Source: Microcystaceae cyanobacterium | GTDB taxonomy: Bacteria > Cyanobacteriota > Cyanobacteriia > Cyanobacteriales > Microcystaceae | DNA: 64,000 nucleotides | NCBI GenBank assembly: GCA_041746575.1 | Contig: JBGTGT010000121.1 | Span: forward strand, 1-64,000 | Direction: 5' to 3' | Shown: in pieces, positions 10,302 through 20,208 of the stretch | Layout: each line of letters opens with the position of its first letter | How positions within the stretch are numbered: position 1 is the stretch's first letter | Notes under the pieces: model-generated | What the model was told of the DNA's origin: nothing | Database searches by the model: none | Seen by the model: the letters and a program-made list of their open reading frames with translations, nothing else | Program-made: the position numbers and the translations under genes

Positions 10302-11348
10302 ATGATTACCGATCTGAATCCGAATGACTTATCCCGTCCCAATGGTCATTTTTTTGGCTTTCCTTACCCTCTTGAAGCGTCTAAGATTGTCTTTTTTCCG
10401 GTTCCTTGGGACGTAACCACATCCTATCATTCAGGTGCCGCAAAGGGGCCAGAGGCCATTTTGCAAGCATCTTTACAAGTTGAATGGCACGATTTTCAGA
10501 TTAAAAATGCGTGGCAAATTGGTCATGGTACTATTCCTATTAATTTAGAAATTTTTCACAAAAATCAAGCCTTAAGAGTTCTCGCTGAACGAATTATTAA
10601 TCATCAAGTAAAAGGCGGAACACTGGCAGATAATGAAATTAAAACGGATTTGTACGAGGTGAATCAAGGAACTCAACAATTAAATCAATGGGTTTATGAA
10701 CAATGCCGAAATTTATTGCAAGAAAATAAATTAATCGGACTGATTGGAGGGGATCATAGTGTTCCTTTGGGCTTAATGCAAGCCTTAGCCAACCAATATG
10801 ATTCTTATGGTATTTTACATATTGATGCTCATAGTGATTTAAGAAATGCGTTTGAAGGGTTTCAAGATTCCCATGCCTCTATTATGTATAATGCTAGAAA
10901 GATTGAAAATATTACCCATTTTGTAGCAGTCGGAATTCGGGATCTTTGTGAAGAAGAATTGAATATTATTGATACAGACTCGAGGTTCACTTTATTCGAT
11001 GATTGGCACCTTAAAAGCAATAAATACCAAGGCACAACTTGGGCGCAACAGTGTCAAAAGATAATCAAAAATTTACCACAAAATGTTTATATTAGTTTTG
11101 ATATTGATGGCTTGGATCCTCAATTTTGTCCTCATACAGGTACACCTGTTCCGGGAGGATTAGACTTTAATCAAAGTATTTATTTAATAGAAACATTAGT
11201 CAAATCGGGTCGAAATATTATTAGTTTCGATCTCTGTGAAGTTGCACCGGGGAATGACGAATGGGATGGGAATGTTGGTGCAAGATTACTTTATAAATTA
11301 GCTAACTTGATGTATGCTTCGTGGCATCCTGAGCAACTGTTGAAATAA
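10302..11348 (+). CDS. speB: Agmatinase/ureohydrolase (arginase family)
   Basis: GGDHS, HIDAHSD, SFDIDGLDP, TGTPVPGG; start ATG 10302 (or 10248). Confidence 0.82.
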   Translation: MITDLNPNDLSRPNGHFFGFPYPLEASKIVFFPVPWDVTTSYHSGAAKGPEAILQASLQVEWHDFQIKNAWQIGHGTIPINLEIFHKNQALRVLAERIINHQVKGGTLADNEIKTDLYEVNQGTQQLNQWVYEQCRNLLQENKLIGLIGGDHSVPLGLMQALANQYDSYGILHIDAHSDLRNAFEGFQDSHASIMYNARKIENITHFVAVGIRDLCEEELNIIDTDSRFTLFDDWHLKSNKYQGTTWAQQCQKIIKNLPQNVYISFDIDGLDPQFCPHTGTPVPGGLDFNQSIYLIETLVKSGRNIISFDLCEVAPGNDEWDGNVGARLLYKLANLMYASWHPEQLLK

Positions 11349-11450
11349 TATAGCAAATCTCGATATTCATCAGTCGGTTACAAAAACGAACTAAACTGCT
11401 CATCTTGTGCTACCCTTTAGCAGGGATTCAATTCTCAAGAGGAGTAAATC

Positions 11451-13019
11451 ATGAGTGTAGAAACCGTCGCCGATATCACAATTAAGCAAAATCTTGAACA
11501 ATTTTTAGTCGTTCTTTCTGTTTCCTTATCCGTTGCTACTATTTCCCGTATTTTTTCTTGGTTTAGAGAAATTCCTTATACATTACTATTAGTTATTGTT
11601 GGCTTAGGATTGGCTTTTGTTGACATTCGCTTAGTCAATTTATCTCCTGAATTAATTTTAGAAATTTTTCTACCTCCTTTACTCTTTGAAGCGGCTTGGA
11701 ATATTCGGTGGCGTTCTCTAAAAGAAAGTTTACTTCCTGTTATTTTGTTTGCGGTTATTGGGGTCATTATTTCTATTGTGGGTGTGGCTTTAGCCCTGAG
11801 CAATTTTACCGATTTAGCTTTACCTATTGCTTTGTTGGTGGGGGCAAGTTTATCCGCAACTGATCCCGTTTCTGTGGTAGCCTTATTTCGAGAATTGGGT
11901 GCAAGTAAACGACTCACTGTTTTGATGGAAGGCGAAAGTTTATTTAATGATGGGGTGGCGGTTGTTGCTTTCTTATTATTGGTCGGTATTCCTTTAGGAA
12001 CTAACACATTTTCTCTGACCGAAACAATTACTAAATTTAGTACTTTTGTGGGGATTGGCATCGGAATTGGCTGTTTAATTGGTTACGGTATTTCCTATCT
12101 CACGCAACGCTTCGATTTACCTTTAGTGGAACAGTCATTAACCCTCGTTTCCGCCTATGGGACTTATTTGATTACCGAAGAATTAGGGGGATCTGGCGTT
12201 ATTGGCGTTGTCACGGTTGGCGTAATTTTAGGTAACTTTGGCTCTCGCATTGGCATGAATCCTAGAACTCGACTTTTGGTTTCTGAGTTTTGGGATTTTC
12301 TGGCCTTTTTTGTCAATTCAATTGTTTTCTTATTGATTGGTGATCAGATTAAATTTTCAAGCTTATCCGATAATTTAGACTTAATTTTTGTGGCTATCGC
12401 GGCTGTTTTGGTAACCCGATTTATCTCTATTTTTGGACTTAGTTTCTTTAGCAATTTAATCAGTAAAACAACGGTTAATCTTAGAGAGCAAACAGTCCTG
12501 TGGTGGGGCGGATTAAGGGGTTCAGTTTCTATTGCGGTGGCTTTAAGTGTGCCAGTCATTTTAAATGGACGACAAGAAATTATTGATACTGTTTTTGGGG
12601 TAGTCCTATTCACCTTACTTATTCAGGGATTGACAACGAAATGGTTACTAGAAAAATTAAATTTAGTGGGAGATCAACCCCTTCGTCAACAATATTCGGA
12701 ATTATTAGCTCGCCGAGTTGCCCTCAAAAGAGTGTTAGATTATTTAGACAAACTCGATCAATCTCCTGATGTGGATGCGGAGTTCTATCGCTATGAACAG
12801 AGATTAGTCGAAGGGCAATTAAACAGTGTAGAAGCTGAAATTAGCAACCTACAAAATTTCCATCCGCAATTACGGACATTTGACATGGAACAATTAAGAG
12901 AAACCCTATTAGATATTGAAGCAGATACTTATGCAGAATTTATTCGTTCAGGTCGCTTAAATGCCCATCTTTCTCCTTTATTACAACAAATTTTAGTGGA
13001 GGCACAAAAAGACGAGTAA
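11451..13019 (+). CDS. nhaS1: Na+/H+ antiporter, CPA1/NhaP family
   Basis: FLPPLLFEAA, SATDPVSV, EGESLFNDG, WGGLRG, hydrophilic C-tail; AGGAG RBS. Confidence 0.88.
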   Translation: MSVETVADITIKQNLEQFLVVLSVSLSVATISRIFSWFREIPYTLLLVIVGLGLAFVDIRLVNLSPELILEIFLPPLLFEAAWNIRWRSLKESLLPVILFAVIGVIISIVGVALALSNFTDLALPIALLVGASLSATDPVSVVALFRELGASKRLTVLMEGESLFNDGVAVVAFLLLVGIPLGTNTFSLTETITKFSTFVGIGIGIGCLIGYGISYLTQRFDLPLVEQSLTLVSAYGTYLITEELGGSGVIGVVTVGVILGNFGSRIGMNPRTRLLVSEFWDFLAFFVNSIVFLLIGDQIKFSSLSDNLDLIFVAIAAVLVTRFISIFGLSFFSNLISKTTVNLREQTVLWWGGLRGSVSIAVALSVPVILNGRQEIIDTVFGVVLFTLLIQGLTTKWLLEKLNLVGDQPLRQQYSELLARRVALKRVLDYLDKLDQSPDVDAEFYRYEQRLVEGQLNSVEAEISNLQNFHPQLRTFDMEQLRETLLDIEADTYAEFIRSGRLNAHLSPLLQQILVEAQKDE

Positions 13020-13059
13020 AGTTCGGTAATTAGTAATCAGTAATCTGTTAAATTCCTCG

Positions 13060-13998
13060 ATGATTATTATGAATTTTAGTGAAATTTTACCGACATTTGT
13101 AGTTACCCTCAGAGAGGGTTTTGAAGCGGCGTTAGTGGTAGGAATTGTTCTCGCTTGTCTGCAAAAAGCACAACTGTCATCCCTTAACCGTTGGGTTTAT
13201 CAAGGTATTGTTGCGGGCGTTGTTGCGAGTCTTTTGCTAGGAATTGCCCTTGCCAGTATACTCAAAGGGGTTGATAGCTACAATAGCCCCTATACCCCCG
13301 TTATTAAAGAAATTTTAGCCAGTTTGTTCGGTTTAATCGCGATCGGAATGTTGAGCTGGATGTTGATTTGGATGACGCAACAGGCTAGGTATCTGAAGTC
13401 CGATATTGAAAACGAGTTAAAAATGGCTCTATCTGAGGGAGATAATGGGGCTAGGGGGGTATTTCTCTTGATTTTTATTGCAGTCTTACGAGAAGGTTTT
13501 GAAACGGTTCTTTTTATCCTTGCTAAGTTTCAACAAGATTGGACACTGCCCACCGTAGGCGCAATCGGTGGTTTAGTATCGGCAGGAATTTTAGGATTTT
13601 TGTTGTTTAAAGTGGGCATAAAGGTTGATATTCGTCGCTTTTTTCAGGTAATGGGGATTTTATTATTGCTGATTGTCGGTGGCTTAGTTATTAGTTGGCT
13701 CATTCACGCTGATACTGCCATTCTCTTATTATCACGAATTGATCCCTATTTTGCCAGTTGGTGCAAAGCGAACAGTTCAAGCTGTTTTTTGGGGTCTAAA
13801 GTCTGGGATTTCTCGCAAATTTTACCGGATAAACAGTTTCCTGGCATTCTTTTGAAATCTCTCTTTGGCTATCGTCAAGTTCTTTATTGGGGACAAGCGA
13901 TCGCTTATTTTCTCTTTATGACGCTTTTAGGAACTCTTTATTTTCAAAGTTTACAAGGTCAAAAAATTAGCAGAAAGCAAGAGATAGAAGGGACTTAG
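13060..13998 (+). CDS. FTR1-family iron permease
   Basis: Two REGFE motifs, multiple TM helices, LKSLFGY. Confidence 0.9.
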   Translation: MIIMNFSEILPTFVVTLREGFEAALVVGIVLACLQKAQLSSLNRWVYQGIVAGVVASLLLGIALASILKGVDSYNSPYTPVIKEILASLFGLIAIGMLSWMLIWMTQQARYLKSDIENELKMALSEGDNGARGVFLLIFIAVLREGFETVLFILAKFQQDWTLPTVGAIGGLVSAGILGFLLFKVGIKVDIRRFFQVMGILLLLIVGGLVISWLIHADTAILLLSRIDPYFASWCKANSSSCFLGSKVWDFSQILPDKQFPGILLKSLFGYRQVLYWGQAIAYFLFMTLLGTLYFQSLQGQKISRKQEIEGT

Positions 13999-14762
13999 AA
14001 GATAGTTTTCTCAGCGCAAATTAAAGATAAGGGTTGATAATCATCATTAGAGAAAGGACGAAATTCTGGAGGACATTCTGCGGTTAAATGGCATAATAGA
14101 CGCAGTTGAATAAGAGTAGGATTTAAATTTACTCTTGCGACACGGACGTGAATTTTCTGAGCATTTTCTTGCATCAAATGATAAATATCTCTAGCCAAAT
14201 AACGAGGGCAATAACCTACATCATATTGATCTTCAGTTTGTAGCAACAAAGTAAAAGGATCATAGGAATTTTGAGCATCATGAACTAAATGTAAAGGTTC
14301 ATTTTCTGGCAGACTGTCGACTCTTTTGATAGGCGATTTCGGCGAATAGCGAATTCTTTTGGCAAAAAAGTGGAGGTGATAAAGTCCATTTTGATCAGGT
14401 TCTGGATAGGAAAACATTTCAAACTTATCGGTTGCTTTTTGTCCCCTACTACGAACTAAAATAGCGATGGGATCATTTTCGCTTTCAGGAATATTTAACC
14501 ATTCAATGTAATTTGTATAACTAGGACCGCTCACCTTATAGATCGCTAACTCATAATCTGCATGGGATAAATTTAATAGATGACATAATTCTGATGCTAT
14601 TTTTTCTGACCAATCTTCTCCCGTATTAACTCTTGCTTTCTTATATCAGTAATGTCCTTTTTCTGGGCTGTCAAACCAATCCTTATCTTTTGTTCCCATC
14701 GCTTCCGGTTGTTCGGAAATCTGATTAGAAATATCAAAAATGTTAAACTTTTTGAGAGTCAT
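13995..14762 (-). pseudogene. Fused remnant: N-lobe of a HipA-like kinase (premature TGA) joined in frame to the C-terminal part of a HIRAN-domain protein
   Basis: From ATG 14762: ...PEAMGTKDKDWF..GHY*YKKARVNTGEDWSEKIASELCHLLNLSHADYELA (TGA at 14646-14648), continuing in frame into YIEWLNIPE...QNSYDP...VGYCPRYL (HIRAN-like). Confidence 0.75.
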
Positions 14763-14801
14763 ATATTATAGTTAAAGAGATATTTTCCCTTATGCTTGCT
14801 T

Positions 14802-16511
14802 ATGCCTTATTTTATTGATCGTCGCGCCTATGCAGAAACCTATGGCCCCACGGTAGGCGATCGCTTGCGTTTAGCCGATACAGAATTACTCATTGAAGTC
14901 GAACAAGATTTAACGATTTATGGCGATGAAGTCAAATTCGGTGGCGGCAAGGTCATTCGGGATGGGATGGGACAATCCCCCATCTCTCGGCAAGAAGGCG
15001 CAGTGGATTTGGTGATTACCAATGCTTTAATTTTAGACTGGTGGGGCGTTATCAAAGCAGATATTGGCATTAAAGACGGCAAAATCTTGAAAATTGGTAA
15101 AGCAGGGAATCCCTATATTCAAGATAACGTAGATATCATTATCGGACCCGCAACAGAAGTGGTGGCAGGCGAAGGCAAGATTTTGACAGCCGGAGGGATT
15201 GATGCTCATATTCATTTTATCTGCCCGCAACAGATTGAAACGGCGATCGCATCGGGGATTACAACGATGATTGGTGGAGGGACAGGTCCGGCTACAGGAA
15301 CGAATGCAACGACTTGTACGCCAGGAGAATGGAATATTTATCGAATGTTGCAGTCTGCTGATGCTTTTCCCGTCAATTTGGGCTTTTTGGGTAAAGGAAA
15401 CGCTAGTCAAGCTGATGGATTAATTGAACAGGTCAAGGCGGGCGCGATGGGGCTAAAATTACATGAAGATTGGGGAACCACGCCAGCGACGATTGATACC
15501 TGTTTAGCAGTAGCGGATAAATACGACGTGCAAGTTGCTATTCATACGGATACCTTGAATGAAGCAGGTTTTGTCGAAAAAACGATTGAAGCATTTAAAA
15601 ATCGTGTGATTCATACTTATCACACCGAAGGTGCAGGAGGGGGACACGCTCCCGATATTATTAAAGTTTGTGGCGAAAGTAACGTTTTACCCTCTTCTAC
15701 CAATCCCACGCGCCCTTATACGTTGAATACCTTAGAAGAACACCTTGATATGTTAATGGTGTGTCATCACCTCGATAAGAGTATTCCCGAAGATGTGGCT
15801 TTTGCAGAATCGAGAATTCGACGGGAAACTATTGCAGCAGAGGACATTTTGCACGATTTAGGCGCATTTAGTATGATTTCTTCTGATTCTCAGGCAATGG
15901 GACGAGTCGGAGAGGTTATTCTGCGGACTTGGCAAACAGCGCACAAAATGAAAATACAACGAGGAAAACTTTCTGAAGAAACGGGAGACAACGACAATCA
16001 ACGAGCCAAGCGATATATTGCTAAATATACAATCAACCCAGCGATTACTCACGGTATTGCTGATTATGTGGGATCAGTAGAAGAAGGAAAGTTAGCGGAT
16101 TTATGTCTCTGGAAACCGGACTTTTTTGGCGTCAAACCAGATACGGTGATTAAAGGAGGGATGATTGCGTGGTCCCAGATGGGAGACGCAAATGCCAGTA
16201 TTCCGACCCCTCAGCCTGTTTATATGCGTCCGATGTTTGGCAGTTTTGGCGGTGCGCTCGCCGCTACGTCTTTAACCTTCGTCTCTCAAGCGGCTATTAA
16301 GAAGGAAGTTCCTCGAAAGATTGGTTTGCAAAAGCAATGTGTCGCAGTATCTAATACAAGAAATTTAAGTAAAAACGATATGAAATTAAATTGTTTGTTG
16401 CCTCAAATCGAAGTCAATCCCGAAACTTATGAAGTAAAAGCAAATGGGGAGTTGTTAATCTGTGAACCTGCTACAGAGCTACCGATGACACAACGGTATT
16501 TCTTATTTTAA
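14802..16511 (+). CDS. ureC: Urease subunit alpha
   Basis: [56 protein letters not shown] end; ATG 14802. Confidence 0.97.
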   Translation: MPYFIDRRAYAETYGPTVGDRLRLADTELLIEVEQDLTIYGDEVKFGGGKVIRDGMGQSPISRQEGAVDLVITNALILDWWGVIKADIGIKDGKILKIGKAGNPYIQDNVDIIIGPATEVVAGEGKILTAGGIDAHIHFICPQQIETAIASGITTMIGGGTGPATGTNATTCTPGEWNIYRMLQSADAFPVNLGFLGKGNASQADGLIEQVKAGAMGLKLHEDWGTTPATIDTCLAVADKYDVQVAIHTDTLNEAGFVEKTIEAFKNRVIHTYHTEGAGGGHAPDIIKVCGESNVLPSSTNPTRPYTLNTLEEHLDMLMVCHHLDKSIPEDVAFAESRIRRETIAAEDILHDLGAFSMISSDSQAMGRVGEVILRTWQTAHKMKIQRGKLSEETGDNDNQRAKRYIAKYTINPAITHGIADYVGSVEEGKLADLCLWKPDFFGVKPDTVIKGGMIAWSQMGDANASIPTPQPVYMRPMFGSFGGALAATSLTFVSQAAIKKEVPRKIGLQKQCVAVSNTRNLSKNDMKLNCLLPQIEVNPETYEVKANGELLICEPATELPMTQRYFLF

Positions 16512-16903
16512 TTGCTGTTAGGATTAAGATTGAGAGGGTTTCACGTTTTCCAGAATAGGGTAACGTAATGGGTACATAATCCTCCATTTTTCTTAAGTAG
16601 TGATAAAATTCTGACAATTATTGCCTTGATTACGCTTATTTATTTTTGCTAAAATTGACACAGATGTAGCAAGATACCATTTGTTATCTTGTTCAATTGT
16701 ATGTTTAGTAGCATGGTCTTGTCAAGCCTATTTTTTCGTTATTTAGTCTCGTCCTTAATTTCAAGTTTTTAAGCTATTTTGCTATTATTTGCGGTTTAGA
16801 AAAATTAATTTCGCATTCAAAATACAAATATAATTTTATTTTTATGATAGTTTAATATTATGAATCAAAGAACAACACTCCTCATTTTTGCTTTGAGCGG
16901 ATG

Positions 16904-17071
16904 TTAATAAATGAACGATTCTGCTTGCTCTATTGTAAAATAATAACCGCTTTGAGAAGCCAAGTGAACCGCTAAAGAAAGATAGGTTTGTTTATCTGAG
17001 ACAGAAGCCAATTTTTCTTGTAATGCTTTGTCTTGTTGAAGCTTTTGGGCAAATCGTTGTAAGTCTTTCAT
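16904..17071 (-). CDS. Nif11-like leader-domain small protein (55 aa, possibly truncated)
   Basis: MKDLQRFAQKLQQDKALQEKL...LASQSGYYFTIEQ fits the Nif11 pattern F..k...D..LqekL...A...Gy.FT.ee; AGGTGA upstream. Confidence 0.6.
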   Translation of the reverse strand: MKDLQRFAQKLQQDKALQEKLASVSDKQTYLSLAVHLASQSGYYFTIEQAESFIY

Positions 17072-17167
17072 TGTTATCAATATTAGGTGAGTTAGTAAGC
17101 TAAACGAGATCAAAATACCAAAAGGGAAACGGTTAAAGTACAAAGAATTTAGTCTACGATCTTAATC

Positions 17168-17190
17168 GTAGGGGTGCAAGGTTTGCGCTC
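17168..17190 (+). repeat. GTAG-type REP-like hairpin (degenerate copy)
   Basis: GTAGGGGTGCAAGGTTTGCGCTC; related copy on the minus strand at 29916-29938. Confidence 0.55.
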
Positions 17191-17202
17191 AAAAGTATAG
17201 AA

Positions 17203-17421
17203 CTAAAGTAAATTTTCTTTCACCCACTGACAATCCAGTTTTCCGTCCCTGTCTTTTTCACAAACCCAAACTAAATCATTAATCCGTTTTTGCTGTTGAA
17301 TCATTTGAGAAAGTTGCAGGGCTTGAGATTCAGGTTGAGGTTGACTAATCACCTCACGAGTAGAACGGGGAAATAAGAACCCTAAAAGACCTGAAAAAGG
17401 ATGATGTACAATTAAACTCAT
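17203..17421 (-). CDS. Hypothetical small protein (72 aa)
   Basis: ATG 17421 with GGAG upstream; co-oriented between two other small genes; C-terminal LVWVCEKDRDGKLDCQWV. Confidence 0.55.
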   Translation of the reverse strand: MSLIVHHPFSGLLGFLFPRSTREVISQPQPESQALQLSQMIQQQKRINDLVWVCEKDRDGKLDCQWVKENLL

Positions 17422-17506
17422 GGTGAAAATCTCCGACTGCTTTGATGTTATTGAGAGATACAAAAAGATGAAATACTTTTCCGTGAAAAAATTGGGATGA
17501 TTGGCT

Positions 17507-17758
17507 TTAAAGAGGACAAGATAAAATCACTTGGTGACATTCAAACCCCATCATGGTCGCAATTTCACTTGCTTTGTCCTCTCTTTTTTCTTCGCCGTAG
17601 GGAACGCCGCGATACATTAATTTTGCTTTAGGTGTAACCGTTGCAGTATTAGAACGGTATTGATAGACATGACCCCGATAGGTCAAAGTCGTTTGAGGAT
17701 TGACCGTAGCAATAGTGTTAGAAGAGAGGTAATTTTGTCCGCGATAGGTGAGATTCAT
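17507..17758 (-). CDS. DUF4278 family small protein
   Basis: Three YRG..Y repeats (LTYRGQNY, LTYRGHVY, LMYRGVPY); AGGAG RBS. Confidence 0.85.
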   Translation of the reverse strand: MNLTYRGQNYLSSNTIATVNPQTTLTYRGHVYQYRSNTATVTPKAKLMYRGVPYGEEKREDKASEIATMMGFECHQVILSCPL

Positions 17759-17828
17759 CAGGTTTTCTCCTGTTTTTTCTTGATGCTTTCAGTATGCCCT
17801 AAGTCTCTGGCAGAAAAAATCCCGTTTC

Positions 17829-17867
17829 GTTCAGGAAAGTTCAGGAAAAATGTCAGGTTTTGTCAGG
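17829..17867. promoter_or_regulatory. Phased direct-repeat array upstream of the DUF4278 gene (candidate regulator site)
   Basis: GTTCAGGAAA x2 (17829-17848) and TGTCAGG x2 (17851, 17861); TCAGG cores at 17831, 17841, 17853, 17863. Confidence 0.45.
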
Positions 17868-17998
17868 GGATCAGTAAGGGGTTAATTGATAGATTTCCCT
17901 GGATCCCTTGATTGGGTAAGTCTTGTAATTCTCAAACTTTTAATACTGACCCTAATTAATGGGTTATCTTAAGGGATAATTTTCTCAATAAAAACATC

Positions 17999-18040
17999 AA
18001 AAAAAATGGGTGCTATTAATCCTAAATGTTAATAAGCACC
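17999..18040 (-). terminator. Probable intrinsic terminator after moeB
   Basis: GGTGCT-ATTAA...TTAAT-a-AGCACC inverted repeat next to an A-run (U-tract on the minus strand). Confidence 0.5.
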
Positions 18041-18066
18041 AACCTTAATGTTAGAACAAATTTAAG

Positions 18067-19233
18067 TTAATATTCAGGAACATTGGAATCCACTTCTCGA
18101 CTCCATGCTGTAATGCCGCCTTTAACATTAATGCCTTCTATTCCTGCTTGTTTCAGAATACCTAACGCTTTCGCAGACCGTCCTCCCATCTTACAATGGG
18201 CAATCAGTCGATGACCGTTCAGTAACGCCTTAACTTTCTCAACACCCGACCCATCTTCAATATCAGGTAAAGGAATCAAGATAGACCCAGGGATTTGAGC
18301 AATTTCGTACTCATTGGGGTTACGTACATCAATTAAGAGATAATTCTGCACGTTACTATCAATTAAGGCTTTTAACTCCTCAACCGTCATTTCTGCTAAT
18401 CCGTGCTGTTCCTCTTGAGCCTTAGCCTGAGGAATTCCGCAAAATTGTTCATAATCAATCAATTTCTCAATGACAGGACGGACAGGATTCGGTCGTAACT
18501 TCAATTCCCGAAATGTCATATCCCAAGCATTAAAGAGCAACAAACGACCATTCAGGGTATTGGCTGCGCCTAGAATAATCTTAATGGTTTCTGTCGCTTG
18601 AATTGTGCCAATAATACCCGGTAAAACCCCTAATACGCCGCCTTCGGCGCAAGAAGGTACCATTCCAGGCGGGGGGGGTTCAGGGTATAAATCGCGGTAG
18701 TTAGGGCCACCTTCATAGTTAAAAACCGTTGCCTGTCCTTCAAAGCGGAAAATTGAGCCGTAAACGTTGGGTTTATTCAACAATACACACGCATCATTCG
18801 TCAGATAGCGAGTGGGGAAGTTATCTGTTCCATCAATAACCACATCGTAAGGTTTAAGAATATCCAGCGCGTTTTCGGAACTGAGACGAGTTTCATAGAG
18901 ATCCACCTGACAATAGGGATTAATCTCTAAAATACGGTTTTTAGCGGATTCGATCTTCGGTTTTCCCACCCAAGATGTTCCGTGAATAATCTGACGTTGG
19001 AGGTTGGAATGGTCAACGACATCAAAATCAACAATTCCCAAGCGACCAATACCCGCCGCCGCGAGGTAAGAAATCAATGGAGAACCTAAGCCACCTGTAC
19101 CAATACAGAGAATACTGGCCGCTTTTAGTTTTTTTTGCCCATCAAGTCCGACTTCCGGCAGAATAATATGACGGGCGTATCGTTGAAACTCTTCCTTTGA
19201 GAGTTGGATGTCTTCTAAATTAGGATTGAGCAT
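18067..19233 (-). CDS. moeB: Molybdopterin-synthase adenylyltransferase/sulfurtransferase (ThiF + rhodanese, MoeZ type)
   Basis: RYARHIILPEVG, GTGGLG, SNLQRQ, DGTDNFPTRY, SCAEGGVLG, rhodanese HCKMGGRS. Confidence 0.93.
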   Translation of the reverse strand: MLNPNLEDIQLSKEEFQRYARHIILPEVGLDGQKKLKAASILCIGTGGLGSPLISYLAAAGIGRLGIVDFDVVDHSNLQRQIIHGTSWVGKPKIESAKNRILEINPYCQVDLYETRLSSENALDILKPYDVVIDGTDNFPTRYLTNDACVLLNKPNVYGSIFRFEGQATVFNYEGGPNYRDLYPEPPPPGMVPSCAEGGVLGVLPGIIGTIQATETIKIILGAANTLNGRLLLFNAWDMTFRELKLRPNPVRPVIEKLIDYEQFCGIPQAKAQEEQHGLAEMTVEELKALIDSNVQNYLLIDVRNPNEYEIAQIPGSILIPLPDIEDGSGVEKVKALLNGHRLIAHCKMGGRSAKALGILKQAGIEGINVKGGITAWSREVDSNVPEY

Positions 19234-19477
19234 AAACCTACTGTACTCAGTATCAATATTTCGCTTGAGGGGCGTGAGACTCTTAATTTTAGCAAACTTC
19301 TGCTTTGGGGGTCGTTAATCAAAATGATGTGTTAACGAATTTTAATTATTTATAGGACATGATGAAAAGACAACAGAATTGAGGAAAAATGGGATGATCT
19401 ACCTGACTTCCTCGCCAAAGGAGTCAAAAATGTTAGACAGCAAACCCAATAAGAGGGATAGCGATTATTAGCCTCTT

Positions 19478-19771
19478 TTACTCATTGAATCCTAATAAAC
19501 CTTTTGTATGGACAATAGCGGCAATCGTTATCTGATTTTCATTGATTTTGTAAATAATACGATAAGTATAGGCCAGTTGCTCCCGCATCGTCTCATCTTT
19601 AAATTCCGCAATTGGCGAGCCTTCCGTCGAACTCTTTTGAAGCGCGTGGGTAAGATCTAAGATCCGCCGCACAACAGCCGCCGCATAGGACGGTGAGTCG
19701 CGAGCAATGTAAGTGGCGATGGTTTCTACATCTTCCACCGCCTTGGATGACCATACTACTCGATAAGCCAT
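19478..19771 (-). CDS. RelE/ParE family toxin
   Basis: 97 aa, YRVVWS..A.ED..IA.YIARDS, YRIIY, IAAIVH; overlaps the upstream antitoxin gene. Confidence 0.8.
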   Translation of the reverse strand: MAYRVVWSSKAVEDVETIATYIARDSPSYAAAVVRRILDLTHALQKSSTEGSPIAEFKDETMREQLAYTYRIIYKINENQITIAAIVHTKGLLGFNE

Positions 19772-19944
19772 TTATTTAATAATCCCTCGACTTCGGCTTG
19801 GGGAATGGTGGTATCAGATTGAGCGATCGCCAAACTGTGACGCACTTTTTCCAATACATACAGATGATATTGAATATCTTCGATCGAACAATCCTCAGGG
19901 AGTTGACTCAGGATAGATTGAATGGTGGATTTAAGGTTATTCAT
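19756..19944 (-). CDS. Putative type II antitoxin
   Basis: LPEDCSIEDIQYHLYVLEKV...KWL, 16-nt overlap with the toxin start; ATG 19944. Confidence 0.75.
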   Translation of the reverse strand: MNNLKSTIQSILSQLPEDCSIEDIQYHLYVLEKVRHSLAIAQSDTTIPQAEVEGLLNKWLIE

Positions 19945-20208
19945 CGGAAATGTCAATAATTATTAAGAAAAGTAAACTTATTTAAGTTATTACAAATGCT
20001 GTTCTGATTGTACCCAAATGCTCATAAAAAAAGGACAATCCGTTAAAAGCCGTTACATTTACCCAGAAGTCAAACGTTTGAACGATGAAGAGTAATACTT
20101 CCGTTCACTACGAATGTCTTGCAAAAATTTAAGTGAGCGGCTGACAATTTGAGATTTAGCCAGTTCTAGGGTATCTTGAGAGATAATTACCACATCGCAG
20201 ATTGGGGC

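Noticed and set aside
17759..17900. Glutamine riboswitch upstream of the DUF4278 gene
   Set aside because: No CGTT...GGAAGTA...GAAG.AACG core on the minus strand
20095..20140. Inverted repeat CCGTTCACT/AGTGAGCGG next to an ACGGAAGTA-like sequence
   Set aside because: Lacks the closing stem of a glutamine riboswitch; a single 9-bp stem is not enough to call a feature
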